64,000 nt of DNA from Kiritimatiellia bacterium (GTDB lineage Bacteria; Verrucomicrobiota; Kiritimatiellia; RFP12; UBA1067), in contig JAQVSS010000001.1 of the NCBI GenBank assembly GCA_028700415.1, positions 955 to 64,954 of the forward strand. Reading direction: 5' to 3'. Below are positions 28,629-39,796 of this stretch, piece by piece. A program made the translations under genes and the position numbers. Positions within the stretch are counted from its first letter, which is position 1. Every line of letters starts with the position of its first letter. The notes beneath the pieces were generated by a model, which ran no database searches, was not told where the DNA came from, and saw nothing but the letters and a program-made list of their open reading frames with translations.

Positions 28629-29549
28629 TCATCCGTTCGCCGCCAGAAACCGCTCGGCTTCCAGCGCGGCCATGCAGCCCGTCCCGGCAGCCGTTACCGC
28701 TTGCTTGTAGTGACGGTCCTGCACGTCGCCTGCCGCAAAAACACCCGGCGAAGACGTCCGCGTGTTCTCCGTGACAACATACCCGTCCGGATCCAATTCG
28801 ACCTGCCCCACAAACGCAGAGGTGTTCGGAGTGTGCCCGATCGCCACAAACACGCCCTGCAGCACGCGTTCGACGCGGTTCCCGGTCACCACATCCTTGA
28901 GGCGTATCCCCGTGACCTCGCCTTTTCGCGGATCGAGCACCTCCTCCACCACCGCATTCCAAACGACATCGATATTGGGCGCGGCAAGCACCCGATCGGC
29001 CATAATCTTTGAAGCGCGGAAAACGTCGCGCCGGTGCACCACGGTCACCTGTTCGGCCAAACGCGAAAGATAAAGCGCGTCCTCCATCGCCGTATCGCCG
29101 CCGCCGATCACCGCCACCCGTTGCCCTTTAAAGAAAGCCCCGTCGCAGGTGGCGCAGGCCGAGACGCCTTTCCCCATCAACTGCTGTTCTGAATCAAGCC
29201 CCAAATAGCGCGCGCTGGCGCCCGTCGCGATGATCACCGTCCGGGCTTCGAGGGTGCCGCCGACCATCAGCGAAACTTTTTTAACGCGGTCCGAAAAATC
29301 GCACGCCGAAACCTCATCCATCAGGAACCGCACGCCGAAACGTTCGGCTTGCTTGCGCATCGTGTTCACCAAGTCGGTCCCCGCAATCGGGGTTTCAAAA
29401 CCCGGGAAGTTCTCGACATCCGTGGTTTGCGTCAGTTGCCCCCCCTGCTGCATGCCGTCAATCACCACCGGTTGCAGATTGGCCCGCGCCGCATAAATCG
29501 CGGCCGTCAGCCCCGCAGGCCCGCTGCCGATAATCACCACATTTTCCAT
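28629..29549 (-). CDS. trxB: thioredoxin-disulfide reductase
   Basis: MENVVIIGSGPAGLTAAIYAARA FAD motif and redox-active CATCDG. ATG at 29549. ORF track 28629..29573. Confidence 0.9.
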   Translation of the reverse strand: MENVVIIGSGPAGLTAAIYAARANLQPVVIDGMQQGGQLTQTTDVENFPGFETPIAGTDLVNTMRKQAERFGVRFLMDEVSACDFSDRVKKVSLMVGGTLEARTVIIATGASARYLGLDSEQQLMGKGVSACATCDGAFFKGQRVAVIGGGDTAMEDALYLSRLAEQVTVVHRRDVFRASKIMADRVLAAPNIDVVWNAVVEEVLDPRKGEVTGIRLKDVVTGNRVERVLQGVFVAIGHTPNTSAFVGQVELDPDGYVVTENTRTSSPGVFAAGDVQDRHYKQAVTAAGTGCMAALEAERFLAANG

Positions 29550-29597
29550 TCTTCTTCTCCCAACCACACGCATTCACCCGTACACCAAAGAGTTCCC

Positions 29598-31316
29598 TTA
29601 CGTGTACCGCAAAACCTCATCGACGGTCGTGTACCCGTCGAGCACATTACGGATCGCATCCTCGCGCATCGTCCGCATTCCAAGCTCACGGGCCCGTTCC
29701 CGGATAAAGAGCGTCGGGCGGCGCTCGTTGATCAGATCGCGGATCGGGTTCGTCACACGCAGATACTCAAACACGCCTTTGCGCCCCTTGTAACCGGTCC
29801 CGTTACACTTCGAGCACCCCCGGCCGTAATAAAACGGACGGTCACCCACGGCTGCCCGCTTTAAATCCAACCGCGACAGCGTGTCGTCATCCGGCATGTA
29901 GGGCTCCTTACAGTTCAAACAAATGGTGCGCACCAGACGCTGCCCCAACACAGCCTCCAGCGTCGACGCGATCAGATACGGCGCCACATTCATGTCGACC
30001 AGACGCGTCACCGCGCCGGCCGCATCATTGGTGTGCAACGTGCTGAAAACCAAATGCCCCGTGAGCGATGCCTGTACGGCGATCTCGGCCGTCTCGAAAT
30101 CGCGGATTTCACCGATCATCATGACGTCCGGGTCTTGACGCAAGAACGCACGCAACACCTTGGGGAACGTGTTTCCCGCGCTCGGGTTGATCTGGACCTG
30201 TACAATCCCGTCCATGTTATACTCGACCGGCTCTTCGGCGGTCAGCAACTTCTGATCAATGGTGTTGATCCGCCGAAGACACGAATAGAGCGTGGTGGTT
30301 TTACCTGATCCGGTCGGCCCCGTCACGATGATAATCCCGTTCGGCTTCTCGATGTCCATGGTCAGCTCTTCGAAAATATCTTCCGGCAACCCGACGTTCT
30401 CGAGATCCAGCGACACCACACTGCGGTCCAGCACACGGAGCACCACGCTCTCGCCGTGGGCGGTCGGCAGGCACGAAACACGCAGATCCACCGAGTGCCC
30501 CGCCACCGTCAGCGCAATACGCCCGTCTTGAGGAACACGCCGCTCAGCGATATTCAACCCGGACATCACTTTGATACGCGAAATGATCGGCAACGCCAAA
30601 CGGCGGGGCGGCGGCGACATCTCATACAGCGCACCATCCACACGGTAGCGGATCTTGAAATCGGTCTCGAACGGTTCAAAGTGAATGTCGGATGCGCGGT
30701 CGGTGACCGCCTGATACAACACCAGATTCACAAACCGGATCACAGGAGCGGCCGCAGCGGCAGACTCCAGACTTTTGTCATCCGCATCATCAACGTTCAG
30801 CGACGTGTCCAACGCCAAATCCGACTCGAGGCTGTTGAGCATGTCCGCGACCGTCGCGCTCTCGTCCCCGTAATACTCGGTCACGCGCGTCCGCACATCG
30901 TTCTCACGCGCCAGCACGAACTGCACGTCCTTGGTCAGCACGAACATCAGTTCATCCATCACATGCGGGTCGATCAGGTCACTCGTCGCCAACGTGATGG
31001 TGCCCGCCGTCGCATAAACGGGCAGGACGTTATACATGCGCGCCACGCTGGCCGGAATGCCCTGAATCACGTCGGTGTCGAGCGACATGACCGCAAGGTC
31101 GACCACATCACACCCCTGATAGGCGGCCATCATGCCCAACAGGTCGTCCTCGCTCACGTACCCGTTGTCAATCAGCAGCGTACGGATGGACTTCCCCGTG
31201 TTCTTGTGTTCCTCGCGCAACTCGTCAGCCTGCTGCTGATCGATGATCCCATTGCTGACGACCAGATCCACCAGCGGATCGTAGGAGGGCGCAACCGGTA
31301 CTAACGTCTCAGCCAT
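29598..31316 (-). CDS. type II secretion / type IV pilus assembly ATPase (GspE/PilB family) with N-terminal T2SSE_N domains
   Basis: Walker [10 protein letters not shown], Asp box, Walker B VMMIGEIRD, His box STLHTND and tetracysteine motif CLNC...CSKCNGTGYKGR. Confidence 0.85.
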   Translation of the reverse strand: MAETLVPVAPSYDPLVDLVVSNGIIDQQQADELREEHKNTGKSIRTLLIDNGYVSEDDLLGMMAAYQGCDVVDLAVMSLDTDVIQGIPASVARMYNVLPVYATAGTITLATSDLIDPHVMDELMFVLTKDVQFVLARENDVRTRVTEYYGDESATVADMLNSLESDLALDTSLNVDDADDKSLESAAAAAPVIRFVNLVLYQAVTDRASDIHFEPFETDFKIRYRVDGALYEMSPPPRRLALPIISRIKVMSGLNIAERRVPQDGRIALTVAGHSVDLRVSCLPTAHGESVVLRVLDRSVVSLDLENVGLPEDIFEELTMDIEKPNGIIIVTGPTGSGKTTTLYSCLRRINTIDQKLLTAEEPVEYNMDGIVQVQINPSAGNTFPKVLRAFLRQDPDVMMIGEIRDFETAEIAVQASLTGHLVFSTLHTNDAAGAVTRLVDMNVAPYLIASTLEAVLGQRLVRTICLNCKEPYMPDDDTLSRLDLKRAAVGDRPFYYGRGCSKCNGTGYKGRKGVFEYLRVTNPIRDLINERRPTLFIRERARELGMRTMREDAIRNVLDGYTTVDEVLRYT

Positions 31317-31318
31317 TC

Positions 31319-32404
31319 CTACCTCCTTGCCTGAAGTTCATCCTTCAATTTCTGAACCAGCGTGTCCGGGTCCTGCGATTTGGTCACGAGGTCATCGTAC
31401 GAAATCAACCCGTTGAGATACAAATCCATCAGGTGCGAATCCAGCGAAATCATGCCGAATTTCGCACCCGTCTGAATATCGGAAGAGATCTGGAAGGTCT
31501 TGTTGTCGCGGATACGCGAACGGATGGACGGCGTGGAAATCATGATCTCAAAGGCGGCCACGCGCCCAGGCTTGTCCACGCGGGCCAGCAGCAACTGCGA
31601 GATCACCGCCACCAGTCCGACTGAAAGCTGCGTGCGCACCTGCTCCTGCTGGTCGGTCGGGAACGCGTCGACAATGCGGTCGACGGTCGCGGCCGCCCCA
31701 GTGGTATGCAAGGTGGCAAAGACCAAATGGCCGGTTTCGGCCGCCGTGATCGCCGCCTGCATGGTTTCAAGGTCGCGCATTTCACCGACCAGAATCACGT
31801 CCGGATCCTGACGCAACGCACGCCGGATGGCTTCGGCAAAGCTCGGCACATCATGACCGATCTCCCGCTGGGTCACCACCGATTTCTTGTGCGGGTGATA
31901 ATATTCGACCGGATCCTCGACCGTGATGATATGCACATCGCGCTCTTGGTTGATGATATCGATCATGCTGGCCAGCGTGGTCGTCTTGCCCGAGCCCGTC
32001 GGCCCCGTCACGAGAATCAGCCCGCGCGGCTTGAACAGCAGCTCTTTCACCTGCTCCGGAAGCCCGATTTGATCCAGGGACAGCAACTTGTTCGGAATTT
32101 GCCGCAAAACGATTCCGAAATGTCCCCGTTCCTTGAACACGCTGACACGAAAACGCGCGAGGTCGCCAAACGGCAAAGCAAAATCGGCGCCGCCACACCG
32201 GTCGATCTCCTGTAGCTTATCTTCGGCCGTGATCGCCCGCGACAACGCCTCTGTGTCTTCCTGCGTCAGGGGAGGGCTGTCCAGCGGCGTCAAATGCCCG
32301 TGAATGCGCAACATCGGCGGCACGCCGACGCGAATATGCAGATCGGAGGCTCCTTCATCGACCGTTGCCTGCAACAGTTCCATCATGTTGATTTCCGGAT
32401 TCAT
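31319..32404 (-). CDS. pilT: type IV pilus retraction ATPase PilT
   Basis: 361 aa with Walker [23 protein letters not shown]. Lacks the N-terminal T2SSE_N domain. PilT-type C-terminus. Confidence 0.9.
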   Translation of the reverse strand: MNPEINMMELLQATVDEGASDLHIRVGVPPMLRIHGHLTPLDSPPLTQEDTEALSRAITAEDKLQEIDRCGGADFALPFGDLARFRVSVFKERGHFGIVLRQIPNKLLSLDQIGLPEQVKELLFKPRGLILVTGPTGSGKTTTLASMIDIINQERDVHIITVEDPVEYYHPHKKSVVTQREIGHDVPSFAEAIRRALRQDPDVILVGEMRDLETMQAAITAAETGHLVFATLHTTGAAATVDRIVDAFPTDQQEQVRTQLSVGLVAVISQLLLARVDKPGRVAAFEIMISTPSIRSRIRDNKTFQISSDIQTGAKFGMISLDSHLMDLYLNGLISYDDLVTKSQDPDTLVQKLKDELQARR

Positions 32405-34098
32405 TAGTCTGCGTCTCCCATTGTTGCCCGTAAAACTTCCTCGAGCGTGGTCATGCCCGAAGCCACTTTTAACAAACCGTCCTCACGCAACGTCCGCATC
32501 CCCATTTCACGCGCACGGGCACGCAGCACCGTCGCAGGCGAATGGTCGAAAATCAAACGTTGGATCGTGTCGTCAATCTGGAAAATCTCAAAGATGCCTT
32601 TGCGGCCTTTGTAGCCAGACTGGCCGCATGCCGGACACCCTGTTCCCTTATACATCTGCGCGGTGGTCACATTCTTGGAAATCTCTCCCAGCATCCTCAT
32701 CTCGCGGTCAGTCGGCACATACGCCGCGCGGCATTTGTCACAGATCGCACGCACCAACCGTTGCGCCATCGCCGCACGCAGCGCCGACGCCACCAGGAAG
32801 GGCTTGACGCCAATATCCAAAAGACGCGTCACCGCACTCGGCGCGTCGTTCGTGTGCAGCGTGCTGAAAACCAAATGGCCCGTAAGCGCCGCCTCCATGG
32901 CGATATCGGCGGTCTCGGCGTCACGGATTTCGCCGATCATCACGATGTTCGGGGCCTGTCGCAAAATCGAACGGAGCGCGGCGGAAAAGTCGAGCCCCAC
33001 ATCTTTATTCACCTGCACCTGATTAATCCCGGACATCTGATACTCCACGGGATCTTCAACCGTGATGATCTTACGGTCAGGAAGGTTGATCTGTCCCAGA
33101 CAGGCGTACAAGGTTGTCGTCTTGCCGGACCCCGTCGGCCCGGTCACCAGCAACACGCCGTCCGGCAGACTGATCAGGCGCTCAAACTTGTTCTGGTCGT
33201 CCGAGAGGAACCCCAGCTGCGGCAACCCCAGCGAAAGGTTCGACTTGTCCAAAATACGCATCACGATGCTCTCGCCGTGATTGGTCGGCACCGACGACAC
33301 GCGCAGATCGAGATCCCGTCCCTGAACCTTGACTTGAATACGTCCGTCCTGCGGGATACGCTTTTCGGAGATCTTCATGTTCGACATGATTTTCACGCGG
33401 CTGAGAATCGCCGCCTGCAACCGCTTGGGCGGAGTGTCCACCTGCCGCAGCACGCCGTCGACGCGATACCGCACGCGGAAAACCCGCTCCATCGGTTCCA
33501 AATGGATATCTGACGCACGCATCTTGCACGCCTCGGTGATGATCATGCTGACCAGCCGGATGACCGGCGCATCCGAATCAGAAGCTTCCTGCCCGCCTCC
33601 GACCTTCTCCTTTTCGGCCACATCGATATCGCTATCAGACATCGCGCCATAGATGTTCTCGAATTCCTCCGGATAGAGCTTGTCGATGGCGGCTTTAACC
33701 TCGGCGCGCGGTGCCACCACGGCTTCCACATTCATTTTGAGCACATACCGCAGGCTGTCCACCGTGTCATAGCCCATGGGATCGCTCAGCGCGACGGTCA
33801 CCGAACCTTCTGCGAACCGGACGGGCACCACGCTATACTTACGCGCCACCTCCGTGGAAATCACGTCCTTGACCGCAGGTTCAATGGCATCCGCGTTCAC
33901 ATGCACGTATTCCATGCCGAACTGTGCGGCGATCATCGCCAACACGTCGTCTTCCGTCACCGCGCCCGTCTGGATCAAAATATCGAGCGTCGTCTCACCC
34001 TCTTGTTTAATCGAATTCAGGACCGTTTCGATTTGCCCAGGCGACACATACCCCTGCTCCTGCAAGAGTTGCAAGACATAATCGTCGTTTGATGTCAC
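32404..34098 (-). CDS. second GspE/PilB-family secretion/pilus ATPase
   Basis: Paralogous to 29598..31316: [29 protein letters not shown]...[12 protein letters not shown]. Its stop shares 1 nt with the pilT start. Confidence 0.85.
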   Translation of the reverse strand: MTSNDDYVLQLLQEQGYVSPGQIETVLNSIKQEGETTLDILIQTGAVTEDDVLAMIAAQFGMEYVHVNADAIEPAVKDVISTEVARKYSVVPVRFAEGSVTVALSDPMGYDTVDSLRYVLKMNVEAVVAPRAEVKAAIDKLYPEEFENIYGAMSDSDIDVAEKEKVGGGQEASDSDAPVIRLVSMIITEACKMRASDIHLEPMERVFRVRYRVDGVLRQVDTPPKRLQAAILSRVKIMSNMKISEKRIPQDGRIQVKVQGRDLDLRVSSVPTNHGESIVMRILDKSNLSLGLPQLGFLSDDQNKFERLISLPDGVLLVTGPTGSGKTTTLYACLGQINLPDRKIITVEDPVEYQMSGINQVQVNKDVGLDFSAALRSILRQAPNIVMIGEIRDAETADIAMEAALTGHLVFSTLHTNDAPSAVTRLLDIGVKPFLVASALRAAMAQRLVRAICDKCRAAYVPTDREMRMLGEISKNVTTAQMYKGTGCPACGQSGYKGRKGIFEIFQIDDTIQRLIFDHSPATVLRARAREMGMRTLREDGLLKVASGMTTLEEVLRATMGDAD

Positions 34099-34129
34099 AG
34101 TCGTTCTCCTCTCAACGTGTTGCCGCCCG

Positions 34130-35569
34130 CTAAACCCGCTCCGCCAACTTCTCCGTCACCAGCTTGCCGACCTGCTGCGGGGCCGCCTTGCCATGACTCA
34201 GCTTCATCACCTGCCCCACCAAGAACCCCGCCGCCGCTTTCTTCCCGGCTTTATAATCCTCAACCGACTTTGGGTTCTCCCGGATCGCCTGCTCCACAAA
34301 CGCCTCCAGCGTCCCGGCATCGCTCACCTGCCCCAACCCGCGCGCATGCACCAAAACCCCCGGCATCCCGCCGTTGTTAAACAGTTCGGGCAACAGCTCT
34401 TTGGCCGTCGGCCCATTGATCGCGCGCCCGTTCACCAGCGCGACCAGCTCGGCCAGCGCCTCAGGCGTCAGCGCGCACTGCGTGATCGTCTTGCCCGTCT
34501 CGGACAACAGCCGCATGATCTCCGTCATGAACCAGTTGGACACGGTCTTGCCTTGGCCCTGACCGCACAGCCGCGCCGCAGCCTCGAAGAAGTCGGCGTT
34601 TTCTTTCGCATCCGCCAGCACTCCCGCATCGTACTCGGGAATACCGTATTCCGCCATCATCCGCACACGCCGCATCGACGGCAGCTCCGGCAGAAGGGCG
34701 CGCCAGGCCTCGACCTGCTCTGCGCTCAACACGATCGGCACCAGGTCCGGCTCCGGAAAATAGCGGTAGTCGTGCGCGTTTTCTTTCGTGCGCATCGGTT
34801 GCGTTTCGCCCAGTTCCGCTTCCCAGCGTCTCGTCTCCTGCACAATCACACCGCCATGACTCACCGCACCCAGCTGCCTCGCGATCTCGTACTCCAACGC
34901 GGCATAGATCCCTTTGAAGGTGTTCATGTTCTTGATCTCCACCTTCGTGCCGAGCGCCTCTTGCCCCTCGGGACGCACGCTGATGTTGACGTCCGAACGC
35001 ATGTTCCCCTCTTCGAGGTTGCAATCGCTCACCCCCGCATAGACCAGAATCTGTTTCAACGACTGCAGATAGGCCATCGCCTCCTCCGGCGATGACAGGC
35101 CCGGCTCAGAGACGATCTCCATCAGCGGCGTGCCGCACCGGTTGAAATCCACGCCGCTGAACCGCGCAGAGTGGTTGATCTTGGCCGCATCCTCCTCCAG
35201 ATGGATATGGTTAATGCGGATCCGCTTCTGTCCCTCGGGCATCTGGATCGTGACCCCTCCGCCCAAACAGAGCGGCTTGGCCTGTTGCGAGATCTGATAA
35301 TCCTTCGACATGTCCGGGTAAAAATAGTTTTTGCGGTCGAACGTGCTGACACGGTTGATCTCGCACCCCAGCATCAGTCCGGACATGACCGTCAGCTTAA
35401 CCGCCTCCCGGTTCATCACCGGCAAAGCTCCGGGATACCCAAGGCAGACCGGGCAGACATTGGTATTGGACTCCGTCCCGAACGCCAGGCTGCACCCGCA
35501 AAACATTTTGGTACGGGTCTTGAGCTGGACATGCGTCTCAAGCCCGATGGTGATCAGATACCCGCTCAC
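34130..35569 (-). CDS. gatB: Asp-tRNA(Asn)/Glu-tRNA(Gln) amidotransferase subunit B
   Basis: Family N-terminus SGYLITIGLETHVQL begins at the GTG at 35569, preceded by AGGAGG with a 7-nt spacer, forming a GTGA overlap with the gatA stop. ORF track 34130..35764 is over-extended. Confidence 0.9.
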   Translation of the reverse strand: MSGYLITIGLETHVQLKTRTKMFCGCSLAFGTESNTNVCPVCLGYPGALPVMNREAVKLTVMSGLMLGCEINRVSTFDRKNYFYPDMSKDYQISQQAKPLCLGGGVTIQMPEGQKRIRINHIHLEEDAAKINHSARFSGVDFNRCGTPLMEIVSEPGLSSPEEAMAYLQSLKQILVYAGVSDCNLEEGNMRSDVNISVRPEGQEALGTKVEIKNMNTFKGIYAALEYEIARQLGAVSHGGVIVQETRRWEAELGETQPMRTKENAHDYRYFPEPDLVPIVLSAEQVEAWRALLPELPSMRRVRMMAEYGIPEYDAGVLADAKENADFFEAAARLCGQGQGKTVSNWFMTEIMRLLSETGKTITQCALTPEALAELVALVNGRAINGPTAKELLPELFNNGGMPGVLVHARGLGQVSDAGTLEAFVEQAIRENPKSVEDYKAGKKAAAGFLVGQVMKLSHGKAAPQQVGKLVTEKLAERV

Positions 35570-37008
35570 TGCCGGACCTCCTGCTCGTATGCGTATGCCG
35601 CACGCAGGATCTTGTCCTCGCCGAACGCAGGACCCAACACCTGCACGCCCACAGGCAGTCCTGAAAGCGTTTTCCCGCAGGGAACCGAGAGTCCGCAGAT
35701 GCCGGCCAGGTTCGCGGGCACCGTGAAAATGTCGCCCAGATACATCTTGAGCGGATCGTTGCACGTCTCGCCAATGCGGTAAGCAGGCGTCGGGGCGACC
35801 GGCGTCATCAGCACATCGCAGACCCCGAAGGCCTTCACAAAATCCTGCCGGACCAGCGTGCGGACCTTTTGCGCCCGCCCGTAATAGGCGTCGTAGTACC
35901 CGCTGCTCAACACATACGTCCCCAAAATGATGCGGCGTTTGACTTCGGTGCCGAACCCCTCGGCGCGGCTCTTGGCGTACAGGTCAAGCACGGACTCGGG
36001 ATGGGGCGTCCTGTGCCCGTAACGGACGCCGTCAAAACGCGCCAGATTGGCCGAGGCCTCGGCCGTCGCGATGATATAATAGACGGCGACCGCATATTCG
36101 GTGTGCGGCAGGCTCACCTCGACGATCTCCGCACCCGCCGCCGCACAGCCGTCCACCGCCTTGCGCACGCACGCCGTCACTTCAGGGTCCGAGCCTTCGA
36201 TGTAGTATTCTTTCGGCAACCCGATCCGCAGCCCCTTCAATCCGCCCCGCAAGGCCGCGCAGTAGTCCGGGACCGGCATGTCCAAGGTGGTGCCGTCGTG
36301 CGGGTCGCAACCCGCCAGCGGCTGCAAAAGCATCGCGGCGTCTTCGACCGTTTTCGTGACCGGCCCCACCTGATCCAGCGATGACGCGTACGCCGTCACC
36401 CCGTAACGCGACACACGCCCGTAAGAAGGCTTCACTCCCACGCATCCGCAAAAAGAGGCCGGCTGCCGGATGGATCCTCCGGTGTCTGTGCCCAGCGCGG
36501 CGACCGCCTCGCCGCCTGCCACCGCCGCCGCCGAACCGCCGCTCGAACCGCCCGGCACGCGCGTCACGTCGTGCGGGTTGCGGGTGATTTTGAACGCCGA
36601 CCCTTCCGTCGAGGAGCCCATCGCAAACTCGTCCATGTTGGTGCGTCCGGCAAAAACCACGCCCGCCTCGCGCAACCGGGCAGAGACCGTGGCGTCATAG
36701 GGCGACACATACCCCTCCATCTGTTTCGATGCGCACGTGCACGGCTGACCTTTCACATTGATCAGATCCTTGACCGCCACCGGCACGCCGAGCAACGCGC
36801 CCTTGCGCCCCGCCGCCCGCGCGTCATCGGCCGCCTTTGCCTGTTGCAGCGCGCCATGGGCGTCCACGCTCAGATAGGCGTTGAGCGCGCCGTCCTCCCG
36901 CTCGATTGTTTCGAGTAACGCACGCGTCAATTCTACCGAAGAAAAATCCCCTCTTCTCAGCCCCTCCGCCGCCGCACAGAGTGTCAATCCCGAAAAAACC
37001 GGTTTCAT
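35566..37008 (-). CDS. gatA: glutamyl-tRNA(Gln) amidotransferase subunit A
   Basis: Amidase signature GGSSGGSAAAVA...GTDTGGSIRQPA. 480 aa. Confidence 0.9.
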   Translation of the reverse strand: MKPVFSGLTLCAAAEGLRRGDFSSVELTRALLETIEREDGALNAYLSVDAHGALQQAKAADDARAAGRKGALLGVPVAVKDLINVKGQPCTCASKQMEGYVSPYDATVSARLREAGVVFAGRTNMDEFAMGSSTEGSAFKITRNPHDVTRVPGGSSGGSAAAVAGGEAVAALGTDTGGSIRQPASFCGCVGVKPSYGRVSRYGVTAYASSLDQVGPVTKTVEDAAMLLQPLAGCDPHDGTTLDMPVPDYCAALRGGLKGLRIGLPKEYYIEGSDPEVTACVRKAVDGCAAAGAEIVEVSLPHTEYAVAVYYIIATAEASANLARFDGVRYGHRTPHPESVLDLYAKSRAEGFGTEVKRRIILGTYVLSSGYYDAYYGRAQKVRTLVRQDFVKAFGVCDVLMTPVAPTPAYRIGETCNDPLKMYLGDIFTVPANLAGICGLSVPCGKTLSGLPVGVQVLGPAFGEDKILRAAYAYEQEVRQ

Positions 37009-37048
37009 CTCGTCCTAACTCCTCATCCCTAACGCCTCCGCAAGACCG

Positions 37049-37357
37049 CTAGGCGTCTTCCACAATCTTCGGGAGCTTGAAGTCAAACCCAGCCCTCTCC
37101 GGGGCATTCGCCAAAAAACATTCGCGGGGCAACGACGGCACCACCACGTCCTCGCGGAACACATTGACGCGTGCCTGACCATGCAACGTCGGCTCAATGC
37201 CGCTGACATCGAGCCCGGCGATCTTCTCGACATACCCGACGATCATCTCCAACTGCTGTTGGAACGTGTGTTCCTCATCCGGCGTCAACTCCAGACGCGC
37301 CAGTCCGGCCACATAGGCCACATCAATCTTATGGCTCACCCATCTCTCCTCGCCCAC
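37049..37357 (-). CDS. gatC: glutamyl-tRNA(Gln) amidotransferase subunit C
   Basis: 102 aa with GatC motifs KIDVAYVAGLARLELTPDE...FQQQL. Upstream of gatA. Confidence 0.8.
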   Translation of the reverse strand: MGEERWVSHKIDVAYVAGLARLELTPDEEHTFQQQLEMIVGYVEKIAGLDVSGIEPTLHGQARVNVFREDVVVPSLPRECFLANAPERAGFDFKLPKIVEDA

Positions 37358-37520
37358 CGGGCGGTGGAACTCTTAAAATAAACCGGATTTATAATACCCT
37401 TTTGAGCTTTCCGGCACAATTCAAATGAGCGGGACGGGCAAAAGAAAAGACCGGTCCCCTCCCGTCTCCAGACGGACAGTCGCCGACCGCAACGTCCGAC
37501 GCCAAACGAGCCTCTTTATA

Positions 37521-37560
37521 TACGAAAAAACCGGGGGGGATGTGTGACATCCGCCCCGGC
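37521..37560 (-). terminator. rho-independent terminator downstream of acpP
   Basis: On the minus strand, the GC hairpin ccggggcggatg/catcccccccgg (loop tcaca) is followed by TTTTTT, about 25 nt after the acpP TAA. Confidence 0.6.
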
Positions 37561-37583
37561 TTCAGCTCATTTGGGGAAGGCGC

Positions 37584-37832
37584 TTATTCCTGACCGAAAC
37601 CTTTTCCAGACAGGTACTCGAGCACCTTGCCGACTGACGTCAGCTTCTCGGCGTCCTCGTCCGGGATTTCCGCACCGAACTCCTCTTCAAACGCCATGAT
37701 CAGCTCGACGGTGTCCAGCGAGTCCGCGCCCAGATCATCGATGAACGATGCCTCCGGCGTGACCTGCTCGGCATTGACGCCCAACTGCTCAACAATGATC
37801 TCTTTGACCCGCTCTTCGAGTTTGCTTGACAT
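37584..37832 (-). CDS. acpP: acyl carrier protein
   Basis: [19 protein letters not shown]...[21 protein letters not shown] with the phosphopantetheine Ser in DSLD. ATG at 37832 preceded by AGGAGA. Confidence 0.9.
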   Translation of the reverse strand: MSSKLEERVKEIIVEQLGVNAEQVTPEASFIDDLGADSLDTVELIMAFEEEFGAEIPDEDAEKLTSVGKVLEYLSGKGFGQE

Positions 37833-37892
37833 GTACTCTCTCCTTGACCTAGTTTCCCTTAGTGTGGCCACGGCCCGAGCCGCGCCTCATCA

Positions 37893-38636
37893 TCACATGA
37901 CCATACCGCCATTCACACTCAGCACTTGACCCGTCACATACGAGGCTTCGTCCGAAGCCAGGAACGCGACTGCCCGCGCAATATCCTCCGGTTCGCCGAA
38001 GCGTCCCAGCGGAATGTTCGCCAGCATTTTGTCACGCACGTCCTGAGAAAGCGCATCCGTCATTTTTGATGAAATGAACCCGGGTGCAACCGCATTGACG
38101 CGCACTCCGCGGGAGGCCAACTCCCGCGCCGTCGATTTGGTCAATGCGATAACCCCTGCTTTCGACGCCGCATAATTACACTGACCGGCGTTGCCGATCA
38201 AGCCAATTATTGACGCGATATTGACAATCGCTCCGCTGCGTTGCTTCATCATGTGCTTGGCAACGGCGCGCGAAAAAAGGAACGTGCCCTTCAGGTTGAC
38301 GCGGAGAACCGCATCCCAGTCTTCATCCGTCATCCGCACCAGCAGCGTATCCTTGGTGATGCCCGCATTGTTGACCATGACGTCGACCTTGCCGAACGTC
38401 TTGATCACCTCGGCGATAGACGCGTTGACCGCTTCGCCGTTTCCGACGTCCACGGCCAGCGGCAACGCCTTGCGTCCCAGCCCCTGCACAGCAGCCGCCG
38501 TATCGGCAAGCCACTCAACCTGCAAATCGCACACGGCCACATCGGCGCCCAGAGCCGCCAGTTTCTCGGCGATCTGACGCCCGATGCCGCGCGCGGCACC
38601 GGTCACCACCGCCACTTTTCCTTCAAACGAACCCAT
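37893..38636 (-). CDS. fabG: 3-oxoacyl-ACP reductase
   Basis: [19 protein letters not shown], the NNAG motif and the YAASKAG catalytic motif. ATG at 38636. Confidence 0.9.
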   Translation of the reverse strand: MGSFEGKVAVVTGAARGIGRQIAEKLAALGADVAVCDLQVEWLADTAAAVQGLGRKALPLAVDVGNGEAVNASIAEVIKTFGKVDVMVNNAGITKDTLLVRMTDEDWDAVLRVNLKGTFLFSRAVAKHMMKQRSGAIVNIASIIGLIGNAGQCNYAASKAGVIALTKSTARELASRGVRVNAVAPGFISSKMTDALSQDVRDKMLANIPLGRFGEPEDIARAVAFLASDEASYVTGQVLSVNGGMVM

Positions 38637-38682
38637 GCCTATCATCCCTTCCTTAATCCATACACCGCGGGGCACCCACCGC

Positions 38683-39609
38683 TCAAGCCTGTTCGGCTTG
38701 ACAGAACACATCCAAGGACGCCCCATCCTGAATCGAGGCCGTCTGGACAGTCTTGTCGATCCGCTTGATCAGCCCCGAAAGCACTTTACCGGGACCGAAC
38801 TCGACAAACTCAGCCAGGCCCGCCCCAACCGCACACTTCACGCAGTCGGACCAGCGCACCGGTTCGGTCACCTGCCGCAACATCGCGTCCTTGATCGCCG
38901 CCGGATCGTCGCCGTGCAACGCGCCGCTCACGTTCGCGAGCACCGGCATCTGCGGAGCCCGGAACGTCACGCCGTCGAGCACCGACGCCAGTTTGGCGCG
39001 TGCCGACGCCATCAGCGGGGAATGGAAAGCGCCCGCCACGTTCAGCACAATGGCCTTCACGCCCAGCCCGGACGCCACCGTCGCCGCAGTCGCCACCCCC
39101 TCCTTGAGACCGGAGAGCACGACTTGCGTGTCGGAATTGATATTGGCGACCGTGATCCCAGCCTTGTCGCAAATGGTCTGCAGTTGCTCACCCGAAGCGC
39201 CCATGATACTGATCATGCCGCCCGCCTGCTCCTCGCACGCCTGCTGCATAAAACGCCCGCGTGCCTCGAGCACCGTCAGCGCCGATTCAAAATCCAAAAC
39301 GCCCGCCACATGCAAGGCCGTCCACTCCCCGAGGCTGAGCCCCGCGGCCATTTGGAAGGTCAGGTTAGGGCACCGCTTCCGGAGGGTACGGAAAGCCGCC
39401 ACGCTCACCGTGAAGATCGCAGGCTGGCAGATGTTGGATCTGGTCAACTCTTCCGCCGGCCCTTCAAAACAGACCTTCGCGAGATCGAACCCCAACACCG
39501 CATTGGCATGCGCAAACAGCGCGGCGGCATCGGCGTCCGCAGCAAAATCCTTCCCCATGCCGGGCACTTGGGCACCCTGCCCGGCAAAAACACAAACTTT
39601 TCCGCTCAT
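38683..39609 (-). CDS. fabD: ACP S-malonyltransferase
   Basis: FAGQGAQ, GLSLGEW active-site Ser and AGAFHS motifs. Confidence 0.9.
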   Translation of the reverse strand: MSGKVCVFAGQGAQVPGMGKDFAADADAAALFAHANAVLGFDLAKVCFEGPAEELTRSNICQPAIFTVSVAAFRTLRKRCPNLTFQMAAGLSLGEWTALHVAGVLDFESALTVLEARGRFMQQACEEQAGGMISIMGASGEQLQTICDKAGITVANINSDTQVVLSGLKEGVATAATVASGLGVKAIVLNVAGAFHSPLMASARAKLASVLDGVTFRAPQMPVLANVSGALHGDDPAAIKDAMLRQVTEPVRWSDCVKCAVGAGLAEFVEFGPGKVLSGLIKRIDKTVQTASIQDGASLDVFCQAEQA

Positions 39610-39796
39610 GTGCGTCTCCTCTTCGCTTGTTCCCGCAACTGCACCTTAAGACCTAGTCGGGCGTTTGAGGTGGCGCAGTTTGACACATTTATGAAAATTG
39701 TCAAACTCAAAACATTCTCAAAAATTGCTTTTAGGATATCACAGCACTCAAACCAATGCGACAGGAAAAATAGGCGTTACTCGCTCGTCGCACCCC

